Positions 8,340-18,058 of a stretch of DNA of 64,000 nt are shown one piece after another. Under the pieces are notes generated by a model. It ran no database searches, had not been told where the DNA came from, and worked only from the letters and a program-made list of their open reading frames with translations. This DNA comes from Candidatus Firestoneibacteriota bacterium. Lineage in GTDB: Bacteria > Oederibacteriota > D2-FULL-39-29 > JBBTED01. The stretch lies in the NCBI GenBank assembly GCA_038042445.1, contig JBBTED010000002.1, positions 14,783-78,782 of the forward strand, in the 5' to 3' direction. Made by a program: the position numbers and the translations under genes. How positions within the stretch are numbered: the stretch's first letter is position 1; each line of letters opens with the position of its first letter.

Positions 8340-9269
8340 ATGTTTAAATATATATGGTTAAGTCTTATAGGTTTTTGTGGATTGATTGTAATAGCAATAA
8401 CAATTGTATTGTCTATCGCCATATTTAAACTTTTTGGCAAGCATAAAATATGCAAAGAAGAAATATTTTCCACTAATAAAACAAGTGCAATCAATGGAAT
8501 AATAGCATCAATAAAATATAAAGTTAAAAACAGATTAAATCAATTCCCTTATAAACAAATAATAAATATTTCAACCCTTGAATATAAATCTGACTCTTTT
8601 GCTATTAAAACAGCAAGTGGCAATATTGAAATATCCGGAACAGATGAGAAAAAAGCTCAGGCAACAATTGAAGTATATACGGGTGAACCTGACAATATTT
8701 CTGCAGATTTTGCAAATAATACAATAGAGGTATCCTCAAAAAAATATATGTGTGGCAATATAAAAGTATTGCTTCCTAAGAATATTAAAAACTTAGAATT
8801 AGCATCTGCAAATGGGAACATATCTATACAAAACTTTGAAACATCTAAATCTATATTATCTAAAGTTCTCCATGGTACTATTAATATAAATAACTGCAAT
8901 GAAATATCTGCAATACAATTAAAAAGCATAAGTGGAGAATTAAATATAAATAATTCCGAATTAGATATTCTCACCATAAAAACAATAAGTGGTGATATTA
9001 GTTTTATTAACTCAACAGTAGAAAAAGATGACATACATACAATAAGTGGTAATGTTACAATTAATAGTAGTTCAATTAATAATATAGTGCTCATTAGCGT
9101 AAGTGGAGATGTCCATATAAATAGTTCCAAAATAGCGGTTTTGGTCGCAAAAACAGTCAGTGGTGATATTGATTTTAGAACTTCAGCAATAGAAAAAGAT
9201 GATATACGAACAATAAGTGGTGATATTAAAAGAAGCGAAAATACAGTTTCAGATAATGAAAATATATGA
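8340..9269 (+). CDS. Membrane-anchored DUF4097-like beta-strand repeat protein (YvlB/LiaG-like)
   Basis: N-terminal TM helix; about nine repeats of a [KT]x[SN]G[DNE][IVL] motif (TASGNI, TISGDI, SVSGDV); SD AAAGGAGG. Confidence 0.8.
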   Translation: MFKYIWLSLIGFCGLIVIAITIVLSIAIFKLFGKHKICKEEIFSTNKTSAINGIIASIKYKVKNRLNQFPYKQIINISTLEYKSDSFAIKTASGNIEISGTDEKKAQATIEVYTGEPDNISADFANNTIEVSSKKYMCGNIKVLLPKNIKNLELASANGNISIQNFETSKSILSKVLHGTININNCNEISAIQLKSISGELNINNSELDILTIKTISGDISFINSTVEKDDIHTISGNVTINSSSINNIVLISVSGDVHINSSKIAVLVAKTVSGDIDFRTSAIEKDDIRTISGDIKRSENTVSDNENI

Positions 9270-9871
9270 CGGATAAATTTGGTATTTTAAAAATATCCTT
9301 TTTGGTTTCACTATTATTGCATTTTGCAATATTGTTTTTTTCATCCTTTACTCCAACTGAAGGTGAAATTAACCCAGAAGAATATAAGATTGTACAGCTA
9401 ATGAATTTAGAGCAACCAAATCCCTATAAACCAGTAACTCCTGCTGTTTTACCTAAAGTAATTGATGCTCCGGAAGTTACCAATACAGAGGGTGAAATTA
9501 AAATAACAGAAAAAGAAGAGGAGCTTTCACAGGAAACTCCTTTACAACAGGTAGAACCCCAAAAAGAAGAATTTTCATTATATGTACCTTTTTTTAAAGT
9601 AGCGCAGTTGCCTGAATTTATTACAAAAATCAAACCAGAATATCCTGCAAAAGCAAAATTAAAAGGTATAGAATCAACTGTATTAGTAGAAATCTATATT
9701 GACATAGAAGGAAATACACGAAAAATCATTATACTAAAAAGCGGTGGAGAAGATTTTGATAATGCAACTACAGAAGCGTTGTATAAATCTAAATTCAGAC
9801 CCGCAATTTCAAAAGATGGAAAAGCTGTACCTGTAAGAATACGAATTCCATTTAAATTTGAACTGGAGTAA
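9266..9871 (+). CDS. tonB: Energy transducer TonB
   Basis: TM motif SLLLH, Pro/Glu-rich linker, C-terminal PEYPAKAK...F.PA..DGKAV...IPFKFEL. Confidence 0.9.
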   Translation: MTDKFGILKISFLVSLLLHFAILFFSSFTPTEGEINPEEYKIVQLMNLEQPNPYKPVTPAVLPKVIDAPEVTNTEGEIKITEKEEELSQETPLQQVEPQKEEFSLYVPFFKVAQLPEFITKIKPEYPAKAKLKGIESTVLVEIYIDIEGNTRKIIILKSGGEDFDNATTEALYKSKFRPAISKDGKAVPVRIRIPFKFELE

Positions 9872-9891
9872 AAAAAACGGGAGATAAATTT

Positions 9892-12183
9892 ATGAAAGCT
9901 TTTATTGTATTTACATTAATAATATCGCTAAGTAATATTGCATTCACTGAAGATGCATTTAAAGTTACAGGTAAAGTGATTGACTCAATTACAAAAGAAC
10001 CAATTGAAGGAGTTCTAGTCAAAGTTAAAGAAGGTAAATTAGCCACTTATACAAGCAAAGATGGAGAATTTTCTTTTGAAATTCCCCCCTACCCCCCTTT
10101 ACTAAAGGGGGCAGAAAAGGATGTAACAATTTTAGCTCAAGCTGGCGGTTATAGTGCTTATACTAAAACAATACAATTGCCAGTTCAGCATTTTACAATA
10201 GAACTTGAACTTTCAACAGAATTCACATTTGGACAAATATATGTAAGAGATAAACATAAAAGAATAGAAGGGTCAAAACAGAAAGTAAAATCAGAGCAGA
10301 TACAAAAAGCCACAACACATCTTTTCTCAGATACCTTAAAATTAGTGCAAACTTTGCCAGGTGTTGTCACAGGAAATGATTTTTCATCTCTTATGTATAT
10401 ACGTGGTGGTGAATTTTATGAATCCATATCATTTCTTGATAATGTATACCTTATGATGCCATATATGTGGGGTGGCAATCAAAGTATATTCAATCCTTCT
10501 TTTGTAGATACAGTTGATTTTTATAGCGGTGGTTTCCCATCTAAATATCCACAAGCCCTATCAGGTGTAATTGATGTCAAAAACATTGAAGGTCATTATG
10601 AAAAAACAAACGGATTTGCGGAAATGTCTGCAGCAAGTTTAGAAGGTTTTATCCAAGGACCAATGGAAACCGATAAATCATCTTATGTATTTGGTGTCCG
10701 ACGAACTTATTATGATTTGATTTTGAATTTACTGCAACCAGATAAAGATATAGTCACCCCATTTTTCTATGATGCTCAATCAAAAATTACATGGAAATTA
10801 GACGATAAAAACAAACTTTATTTTAATACTTTAAGTTCTTATGAAGGTATGGATTGGGAAATGGAAGGAACCGAATCTGAGTTTATAAAAAAAGGTGATG
10901 CATTTCATTATAGAGACTCACGAGCATTACCATCATTGAACTGGGAACATATTGCAAATAACAAACTCTCTCTTGGACTTACACTTTCTTACCGTTATCA
11001 AAATGGTTCATATCAATGGAAAGGAACGAATTCAAACTTTGATGCAAAACAACAATTTCAGGAAATATTTTTCCGTGACAAAATAGAATATTTATATGAA
11101 AATCATCATTTTGAACAAGGAATTTATGTATTTACAACATGGGTAAATTCGAATTCAAATGTAAAATATAGGACTCTTATGCCAAAGGGCACATATATTA
11201 CAACTGAACGTTCGGCTCAATACAATTGGATTCCATTCACAGCAACAGGAATTTATCTTCAGGATGATATTGAACTAATAAGTAAATTATTATTTTTAAA
11301 TGTGGGAAGTTCTGTAGAATACTTTGATTATACAAAGGATAAAACCTTTGCTCCAAAAGCAGGGATTAAAATTGATTTAACAGAAGATACAACATTAAAA
11401 TTTAATACTGGTTTATATACACAGTTCCCTGTTTTTGCTGGAAATAATGAACCTCCTATCTTAAGAAATAGCAGTCTTAAATCAGAAAAAGCAATGCACT
11501 ATGTTGTAGGAATTGAACATAATTTATCTGAAAGTTATTTTCTCCGTATTGAGGGCTATCAAAAAGATTATTATGATAGAGTTATATCTGATCCTGACCC
11601 AAATTTGTATTATACAAATAATGGTATAAGACGCACAAAAGGAATTGATGTGTTTTTGCAAAAGAAAATATCTACACAATGGGATGGTTGGCTTGCCTAT
11701 TCATATCTTACAGCAGAGGACAAAATAACAAAGCGTAGCAACCCTGAAGATTTTTCAAATAGAAGTTCTTTAGATTATCAAGAACCTGTTAATGAATGGT
11801 TCACCTTTTCAAAAGAACGAAAACATAACATCTCTATTATGCTAAATTACGAATTTGTTCCCAAGTGGAAAATTGCATCTACATACAGATTTTCAACTGG
11901 AACTCCATACACGCCTGTATCAGGAGCACAAAATTTTAACGGCGTATATGTGCCAAATTATGGAGCATATTTATCTGAGATACTACCAAATTATCACAGA
12001 CTTGATTTTAAATTTACAATGCCATTTTTTGGTATAGAAAATATGGAATCTTTTATACAAACCATAAATACTTTTGGAAATAAAAATATAGATCACTATT
12101 ATTACAGTGAAGATTATACAAAAAGAGAAGAAGCAACAATGTTACCATTTCTATTTATTGGTGGCATAAGATATAATTTTTAA
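9892..12183 (+). CDS. TonB-dependent outer-membrane receptor with N-terminal carboxypeptidase-regulatory-like domain
   Basis: Signal peptide; VTGKVIDSITKEPIEGV; plug motif LPGV...YIRGG; C-terminal GIRYNF; TonB/ExbBD context. Confidence 0.92.
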   Translation: MKAFIVFTLIISLSNIAFTEDAFKVTGKVIDSITKEPIEGVLVKVKEGKLATYTSKDGEFSFEIPPYPPLLKGAEKDVTILAQAGGYSAYTKTIQLPVQHFTIELELSTEFTFGQIYVRDKHKRIEGSKQKVKSEQIQKATTHLFSDTLKLVQTLPGVVTGNDFSSLMYIRGGEFYESISFLDNVYLMMPYMWGGNQSIFNPSFVDTVDFYSGGFPSKYPQALSGVIDVKNIEGHYEKTNGFAEMSAASLEGFIQGPMETDKSSYVFGVRRTYYDLILNLLQPDKDIVTPFFYDAQSKITWKLDDKNKLYFNTLSSYEGMDWEMEGTESEFIKKGDAFHYRDSRALPSLNWEHIANNKLSLGLTLSYRYQNGSYQWKGTNSNFDAKQQFQEIFFRDKIEYLYENHHFEQGIYVFTTWVNSNSNVKYRTLMPKGTYITTERSAQYNWIPFTATGIYLQDDIELISKLLFLNVGSSVEYFDYTKDKTFAPKAGIKIDLTEDTTLKFNTGLYTQFPVFAGNNEPPILRNSSLKSEKAMHYVVGIEHNLSESYFLRIEGYQKDYYDRVISDPDPNLYYTNNGIRRTKGIDVFLQKKISTQWDGWLAYSYLTAEDKITKRSNPEDFSNRSSLDYQEPVNEWFTFSKERKHNISIMLNYEFVPKWKIASTYRFSTGTPYTPVSGAQNFNGVYVPNYGAYLSEILPNYHRLDFKFTMPFFGIENMESFIQTINTFGNKNIDHYYYSEDYTKREEATMLPFLFIGGIRYNF
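10082..10111. repeat. C-rich/G-rich palindromic repeat (family C) inserted in frame in the TonB-dependent receptor
   Basis: ttcccccctacccccctttactaaaggggg matches the intergenic copy at 36987-37016 at 29 of 30 positions. Confidence 0.85.
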
Positions 12184-12200
12184 ATTACATTTTAAAAATG

Positions 12201-12228
12201 GTAGCCGCAGGCTAAAGCCTGCGACTAC
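12201..12228. repeat. GTAG-type REP family A, collapsed single palindrome
   Basis: gtagccgcaggctaaagcctgcgactac. Confidence 0.85.
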
Positions 12229-12255
12229 CAAAGCAATACAAACAAGGAGGGTAAA

Positions 12256-12888
12256 ATGCTATACGGTTTCACGTTGTTTGAGTTATTTAAACTTGGTGGA
12301 ATTTTTATGTGGCCACTTTTGTTGTTTTCAGTAATAGGAGTTGCATTTATAATTGAACGTAGCTATATATTTCTAAAATCTGATTTAAAACCAAACAATA
12401 CTATTCCCAAAATGTTTGATAACTTAAAAACAAAAGATGTAAAAAAAGCAAAAGAATCTTTAGAAAATAGCAAAAAAAACCATATATCTGATGTACTTAA
12501 AACTGGATTAGATATGATAGAACAAGATATCGGCAGAATGGAAAAATCTATGGAAGCTGCAACTACAATAAAAGTAAAAAAATTAGAAAAAGGGTTAAAT
12601 GTATTTGTTGTATTAAGTAATATTGCACCACTTACAGGATTTCTTGGCACTGTTTCTGGTATGATAAATGCGTTCAAATCAATAGCAACAGCAGAAGAAG
12701 TATCAACACAACTCGTTGCAATAGGAATATATGAAGCATTGATTACAACTGTTGCAGGATTAATTATAGCAATAGTAGTAGTAAGTGCTTACAATATATT
12801 TATCCATAAAATCGATAATTTTATTTCTGACACTGAAAGATTTTCCAATGAAATGATAGAAACCTTGATTGAGCAAAAAATAAAATGA
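12256..12888 (+). CDS. exbB: MotA/TolQ/ExbB proton channel family protein
   Basis: GGIFMWPL, IAPLTGFLGTVSGMI, GIYEALITTVAGL. Confidence 0.92.
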   Translation: MLYGFTLFELFKLGGIFMWPLLLFSVIGVAFIIERSYIFLKSDLKPNNTIPKMFDNLKTKDVKKAKESLENSKKNHISDVLKTGLDMIEQDIGRMEKSMEAATTIKVKKLEKGLNVFVVLSNIAPLTGFLGTVSGMINAFKSIATAEEVSTQLVAIGIYEALITTVAGLIIAIVVVSAYNIFIHKIDNFISDTERFSNEMIETLIEQKIK

Positions 12889-13259
12889 AGGTAAAATCAA
12901 TAAAAAATAAAATAAATGAAATACCAATGGCTTCAATGTCTGACATTGCATTTTTACTTATAATATTTTTTATAATATCAATGTCATTTCTTTACAGACA
13001 AGGCATACAACTTTCTTTGCCTAAAAAAGATACTACGCCTGTAATTGTACAACTTAAAAATATATTAATTCTAAAGTTAGATAAAAATGGTGTTTTATAC
13101 GAGCAAAACAAAATAACAACATTTAACAAAATAAAAACAATTAAAAAAACTGCTGCTATTATCAAAGTTGAAAAAACTTGCAGATATAAATATTTGGTTT
13201 CACTTATAGAAAATCTACAAAAAAATAATATAACAAAAATTTCGCTCAAAAAAATATGA
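12885..13259 (+). CDS. exbD: Biopolymer transporter ExbD
   Basis: IPMASMSDIAFLLIIFF TM segment with conserved Asp. Confidence 0.88.
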   Translation: MKVKSIKNKINEIPMASMSDIAFLLIIFFIISMSFLYRQGIQLSLPKKDTTPVIVQLKNILILKLDKNGVLYEQNKITTFNKIKTIKKTAAIIKVEKTCRYKYLVSLIENLQKNNITKISLKKI

Positions 13260-13660
13260 AGAGAAAAAGAAGAGATATAAGTATACCTGTAGTATCAATG
13301 GCAGATATTGCATTTCTTTTATTAATATTTCTAATGGTACCAAGTATAACATCCACTAAAAATAAAAAAACTATACATCTTAATTTGCCAAAAGTAGAAG
13401 ATGCAACAAAAGTAAGCATGAAAAAATCTGACGACATCTTTATTACAAAAGAAGGCGGATATTTTTATCAAGGCAAAGAATCAACCCTTGATGAAATAAA
13501 CGAGAAATTATCCACTAAAACTGTTTTAAATAAAAATATTGTAGTATTTGTTCATAGTGATGAAGACACAGAATATGAATATATCAACAGAGTAATAGAA
13601 ATATTACAATTTAATCAATTGCAAAATTGTGTATTTGTATCCAAGAAAATTAAGAAGTAA
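13256..13660 (+). CDS. exbD: Biopolymer transporter ExbD (second paralog)
   Basis: SMADIAFLLLIFLMV, LNLP, VHSDEDTEY. Confidence 0.88.
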   Translation: MKRKRRDISIPVVSMADIAFLLLIFLMVPSITSTKNKKTIHLNLPKVEDATKVSMKKSDDIFITKEGGYFYQGKESTLDEINEKLSTKTVLNKNIVVFVHSDEDTEYEYINRVIEILQFNQLQNCVFVSKKIKK

Positions 13661-13696
13661 TTCCCCCTCAGTCCCCCTTTATTAAAGGGGGTTAGG
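13661..13696. repeat. Family C palindromic repeat between convergent exbD and rlmB (possible bidirectional terminator)
   Basis: ttccccctcagtccccctttattaaagggggttagg; hairpin cccccttt/aaaggggg. Confidence 0.75.
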
Positions 13697-14428
13697 AATG
13701 AGATTCCTCTGGCGATATGCTTCATACATTAAAATTCCTCCTGCAACCGAGACATTCAATGAAGAAACCCTTCCTACAATTGGAATTTTGACTAAATAAT
13801 CACATTTTTCTTTTATATGCTGTGTTAATCCTTTTTCTTCACTTCCCAAAACCAATGCAATAGGACCTTTTAAATCCACATCATAATAATTTTTTTCACC
13901 TTTTGCATCAGCTGCAAAAATTTTAAAACCATCTTCTTTTAAATGTTCAATTGTATAAGATATATTTGCAGCCTGTGTAACTGGAATATATTCTGCTGCA
14001 CCTGCAGAAACCTTAATAACAGCAGGTGTTATCCCAACACAACGATGTTTTCCAATTATAACACCATCTACGCCACAAGCATCAGCAGTTCTTAAAACTG
14101 CACCAAAATTATGAGGATCCTGAAATTCATGTAAAATCAAAATGAATGGACTTTTATTTTTCTCCTTTGCATTTTGAATCAAATCATAAACATCTACATA
14201 TTTTTGCTCTGGCACAACCGCAACAACACTTTGATTATTAGCATTACTTGTAATATTATTTAGAAATTTTTTTGATACAAGATGAACAGGTATTCTCTGC
14301 AAATGCGCAAGATGTCTTATTTCATCAAGAATTGCACCTTTTGCATCATGTGTTACAAAAATCTTCTCGATACTTCTGGATTTCGCTTTTAATGCCTCCG
14401 AAACCGACTGCCTTCCAAATATATTCAT
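13682..14428 (-). CDS. rlmB: 23S rRNA Gm2251 methyltransferase RlmB (TrmH family)
   Basis: QDPHNFGAVLRTA, KVSAGA, GSEEKGL, SLNVSVAGGILMYE. Confidence 0.93.
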   Translation of the reverse strand: MNIFGRQSVSEALKAKSRSIEKIFVTHDAKGAILDEIRHLAHLQRIPVHLVSKKFLNNITSNANNQSVVAVVPEQKYVDVYDLIQNAKEKNKSPFILILHEFQDPHNFGAVLRTADACGVDGVIIGKHRCVGITPAVIKVSAGAAEYIPVTQAANISYTIEHLKEDGFKIFAADAKGEKNYYDVDLKGPIALVLGSEEKGLTQHIKEKCDYLVKIPIVGRVSSLNVSVAGGILMYEAYRQRNLIPNPL

Positions 14429-14440
14429 AATTAATTTTAA

Positions 14441-14472
14441 ATCTCCCCTAACCCCTCTTTTCCAAAGAGGGG
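14441..14472. repeat. Family C palindromic repeat
   Basis: atctcccctaacccctcttttccaaagagggg. Confidence 0.7.
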
Positions 14473-14479
14473 AAATACA

Positions 14480-15898
14480 TTAAATTTTATAAATCGGTAT
14501 GGTGCCTGCTGAGGTGTCTTCAATAATTACACCTAAATCTAATAATTTTTTGCGGACTTCATCTGCTCTTTGCCAATCTTTATTCAATCGCGACTTATTT
14601 CTTTCAGAAATTAGATCAAAAATATTGCTTGAGAATTTTACCTCTGTTGGACATATTCCAAAAAGTGTGGCAAATTTTTCTAATTCATTTTTTGTATTTA
14701 AAAGCGTTTTTTTTACTTCTGAAGTTAATTTAAAATCCTTTCGTGCAAGAAACATTTTTACTTCATTTGCAAGAGAAAATAAACTTCCTAATGCACTTGC
14801 AGTATTAAAATCATCATCCATTATTTCAATGAACTTACCCTGCAATCCTTCACAAGATTTTAGTAAATTAGAAAAATCTACAGAATTTTGTTCTGTAATT
14901 ACTGACAAATCAGCTAAGAATCTAAGCCGAGAGATAGTATTATAGAATTCTCTATATCCTTCTTCACAAGATTTTATATTTTCTTCTGAAAAATCAATGG
15001 GGCTTCTATAATGTGCAGAAAGCAAGAAAAATCGCAGTACTTCTTGCTTGTATTTTTTTTTAATATCACACACTAAAAGAAAATTTCCTAATGATTTGGA
15101 CATCTTTTCTCCACTAATATTAATATGGCCATTATGGACCCAGAAATTTACAAAGTGTTTTCCTGTTGATGCCTCACTTTGTGCGATTTCATTCTCATGA
15201 TGTGGAAATATTAAATCACAGCCACCACCATGAATATCAAAGTTTTCACCTAAATATTTCATCGACATCACAGAACATTCTATATGCCAGCCAGGCCTGC
15301 CTTTACCCCAAGGACTATCCCAAAAAGGTTCGCCCGGCTTTGCTTTTTTCCATAATGCAAAATCAAGAGGGCTTTTCTTCCTTTCATCAACTTCAACCCT
15401 TGCCCCTGATAAAAGTTCATCTAAAGATTGCTTCGAAAGCAACCCATAATTTTTAAATTTGGAAACCTCATAATATACGTCACCATCTATTACATAGGCA
15501 TACCCCTTATCAAGTAAAATTTGTATTGTCCGTATCATATCACTAATATGTTCAGTAGCCTTAGGATAGATATCTGCTTTTGCAATTCCAAGGAAATCAC
15601 TATCTTCAAAATATGCAATAGTATATTTTGAAGCAACTTCTGATGCAGACACTCCTTCTTCTTTTGCCCTGTTTATTATTTTATCATCTATATCCGTTAT
15701 ATTCTGAACATATTTTATTTTAAACCCTCTAAACTGCAAATATCTTCTAATTACATCAAAAACAACAAAGTTTCTCGCATTACCTATATGAAAATATCCA
15801 TAAACAGTAGGACCGCAATTATATATTTTAATAACTCCGTCTTCAATAGGAGTAAATTCTTCTTTTTTTCTAGTAAGTGTATTATAAATTTTAATCAT
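14480..15898 (-). CDS. cysS: Cysteine--tRNA ligase
   Basis: CGPTVY, HIGNAR, GRPGWHIECS, FPHHENE, KMSKS. Confidence 0.98.
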   Translation of the reverse strand: MIKIYNTLTRKKEEFTPIEDGVIKIYNCGPTVYGYFHIGNARNFVVFDVIRRYLQFRGFKIKYVQNITDIDDKIINRAKEEGVSASEVASKYTIAYFEDSDFLGIAKADIYPKATEHISDMIRTIQILLDKGYAYVIDGDVYYEVSKFKNYGLLSKQSLDELLSGARVEVDERKKSPLDFALWKKAKPGEPFWDSPWGKGRPGWHIECSVMSMKYLGENFDIHGGGCDLIFPHHENEIAQSEASTGKHFVNFWVHNGHINISGEKMSKSLGNFLLVCDIKKKYKQEVLRFFLLSAHYRSPIDFSEENIKSCEEGYREFYNTISRLRFLADLSVITEQNSVDFSNLLKSCEGLQGKFIEIMDDDFNTASALGSLFSLANEVKMFLARKDFKLTSEVKKTLLNTKNELEKFATLFGICPTEVKFSSNIFDLISERNKSRLNKDWQRADEVRKKLLDLGVIIEDTSAGTIPIYKI

Positions 15899-15932
15899 TT
15901 ATTTAAATTATTTATGAAAGCAGGATGTTTTA

Positions 15933-16574
15933 TTATTTATTTTTATTGCAAATGCTTCTATGCCAGGATTTTATATCTTCTTCCATTTTTGCTATCTCTT
16001 GATGTAAATTTTCAAGTCTATCTGAAAGTGGATCAGGTAAATTCACATGGTCTAAACTTATTTCAGATATTTTTTCTCCTTTATGTTTTACAATTCTTCC
16101 GGGAACTCCAACTACTGTAGAATCAGGTGGTGCTGAAATTAATACCACAGAATTTGCACCTATATAAACATTATCACCAATCGTTATATTTCCAAGCACC
16201 TTAGCGCCAACACCAACAACTACATTATTTCCCAAAGTAGGATGTCTTTTCCCTTTTTCCTTTCCTGTTCCACCAAGTGTTACACCTTGAAATAATGTTA
16301 CATTATCACCTATTTCAGTAGTTTCACCAATAACTACACCCATTCCATGATCTATAAAAAACCCTCTACCTATTTTTGCACCTGGATGTATTTCTATACC
16401 TGTTAAAAACCTGCTAAATTGAGAAATAAATCTTGGCAAAAATGGAATTCCAAATTTCCAAAAAAAATGTGCAATCCTATGCGAAATTATCGCATAAAGA
16501 CATGGATACAAAATCACTTCGCTTAACTTTGCAGCTGGATCTCTTTCCAATATCACTTTAATTTGATTTATCAT
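15933..16574 (-). CDS. cysE: Serine O-acetyltransferase
   Basis: [33 protein letters not shown]. Confidence 0.96.
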   Translation of the reverse strand: MINQIKVILERDPAAKLSEVILYPCLYAIISHRIAHFFWKFGIPFLPRFISQFSRFLTGIEIHPGAKIGRGFFIDHGMGVVIGETTEIGDNVTLFQGVTLGGTGKEKGKRHPTLGNNVVVGVGAKVLGNITIGDNVYIGANSVVLISAPPDSTVVGVPGRIVKHKGEKISEISLDHVNLPDPLSDRLENLHQEIAKMEEDIKSWHRSICNKNK

Positions 16575-16616
16575 AATTTAATTTTTAGTCCGCATACTCG
16601 GACAATTACAATAATA

Positions 16617-16637
16617 TGCCGATAAATCGGCAACTAC
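16617..16637. repeat. GTAG-type REP family B; its GTAG supplies the gltX stop codon
   Basis: tgccgataaatcggcaactac. Confidence 0.8.
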
Positions 16638-18058
16638 AATATATCATTTATACGAGAAATGCATTTATCTTGTCCTAAGATTTCTAAAATATAATGCAGT
16701 TCAGGACCATGGATTTTACCTGTCAAAACACAACGAATCGGCATAAATATATCTTTACCTGATTTTCCAGTTGTCAATTTTAATTCAGAAATCAGTGTTT
16801 TAAACTCAGGCATTCCTTTTTTCAATATTTCAAGTAATGCTTTTAAAATTACTTTACATTCTTCTTTTGCTAAAATTTCTTCTGCCTCTTTTTCAAATTG
16901 TATTTCATCTTTTAAAAATATATCAACATAGTTAACTACATCACTCATGCAAGTCAAATGCGTTCTAATAGCTTCTAATATATCTTTAAGTTTATTGAAT
17001 AAATTCTCATCAATTATCTCCGACAAATATCCTGCATTTTTTAAATAAGGTATTGACTTATGTGTCAACTCATCAATACTTAGAGATTTTATATGATTTG
17101 AACCTATCCAAGCCAATTTATCCTCATCAAACACAGCAGGATTTTTTGCAACTTTTTCCAATGTAAATTCTTTTATAATTTCATCACGAGATAAAATTTC
17201 TCTATTACCTTCTGGCGCCCATCCCAACAGTGCAAGATAATTAAACAATGCATCAGGCAATACACCTTTATTTATGTAATGTGCTATTGAAGTAACTCCA
17301 TGTCTTTTACTAAGTGGTGTCTTATCCTTCCCACAAATCATAGGCAAATGTGCAAATATAGGTGGTTTAGCATCTAATGCCTCATAAAGCAAAATCTGCC
17401 TTGGTGTATTTGAAAGATGATCATCTCCTCTGATAATATGAGTTATTTTCATCAAAATATCATCTACAACCACTGAAAAATTATATGTTGGCATACCATC
17501 AGATCTCGCAATAACAAAATCTCCAATTAATGCTGAATTAAACTCTACATCATCTCTTACTATATCATTAAATTTAATTATTTTAGGCGTAATTTTAAAA
17601 CGCAAAACAGGTTTTTTGCCTTTTTCTTCTAATTTCTGCCTTTCTTCTTTGGTCAAATTTCTACAGGTTCCATCATATTTAGGAGTCTGTTTTTTCTGTA
17701 AAGCAATCCGTCTTTTTTCTTCTAATTCTTCTGCTGTGCAATAGCATTGATAGATTAGATTTTTATTCGAAAGTTTTTCTACCATTTCACGATAAATTCC
17801 AAGCCTCTCAGTTTGTCTATAAGGCCCAAAACCACCACCTTTATCGTACCCCTCATCCCAATCTAACCCAAGCCATTTCAAAGAAGATGTTACAATATCT
17901 ATTGCTTCTTCAGTTGAACGCGCCAAATCTGTATCTTCAATTCTTAATATAAATGTACCATTGTTTTTTCGCGCAAAAAGCCAATTGAAAAGCGCAGTTC
18001 TTACATTCCCTATATGTAACTCGCCTGTAGGACTTGGAGCAAATCTAACTCTTACCAT
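16634..18058 (-). CDS. gltX: Glutamate--tRNA ligase
   Basis: VRFAPSPTG, HIGN, LRIEDTD, LSKR. Confidence 0.98.
   Translation of the reverse strand: MVRVRFAPSPTGELHIGNVRTALFNWLFARKNNGTFILRIEDTDLARSTEEAIDIVTSSLKWLGLDWDEGYDKGGGFGPYRQTERLGIYREMVEKLSNKNLIYQCYCTAEELEEKRRIALQKKQTPKYDGTCRNLTKEERQKLEEKGKKPVLRFKITPKIIKFNDIVRDDVEFNSALIGDFVIARSDGMPTYNFSVVVDDILMKITHIIRGDDHLSNTPRQILLYEALDAKPPIFAHLPMICGKDKTPLSKRHGVTSIAHYINKGVLPDALFNYLALLGWAPEGNREILSRDEIIKEFTLEKVAKNPAVFDEDKLAWIGSNHIKSLSIDELTHKSIPYLKNAGYLSEIIDENLFNKLKDILEAIRTHLTCMSDVVNYVDIFLKDEIQFEKEAEEILAKEECKVILKALLEILKKGMPEFKTLISELKLTTGKSGKDIFMPIRCVLTGKIHGPELHYILEILGQDKCISRINDIL

Noticed and set aside
8600..9240. DNA tandem repeat (ataagtgg recurrences)
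   Set aside because: Reflects protein-level xSGD repeats of the DUF4097-like solenoid.
16575..16633. T-box leader between gltX and cysE
   Set aside because: The gap is only about 59 bp and filled by REP-like hairpins.
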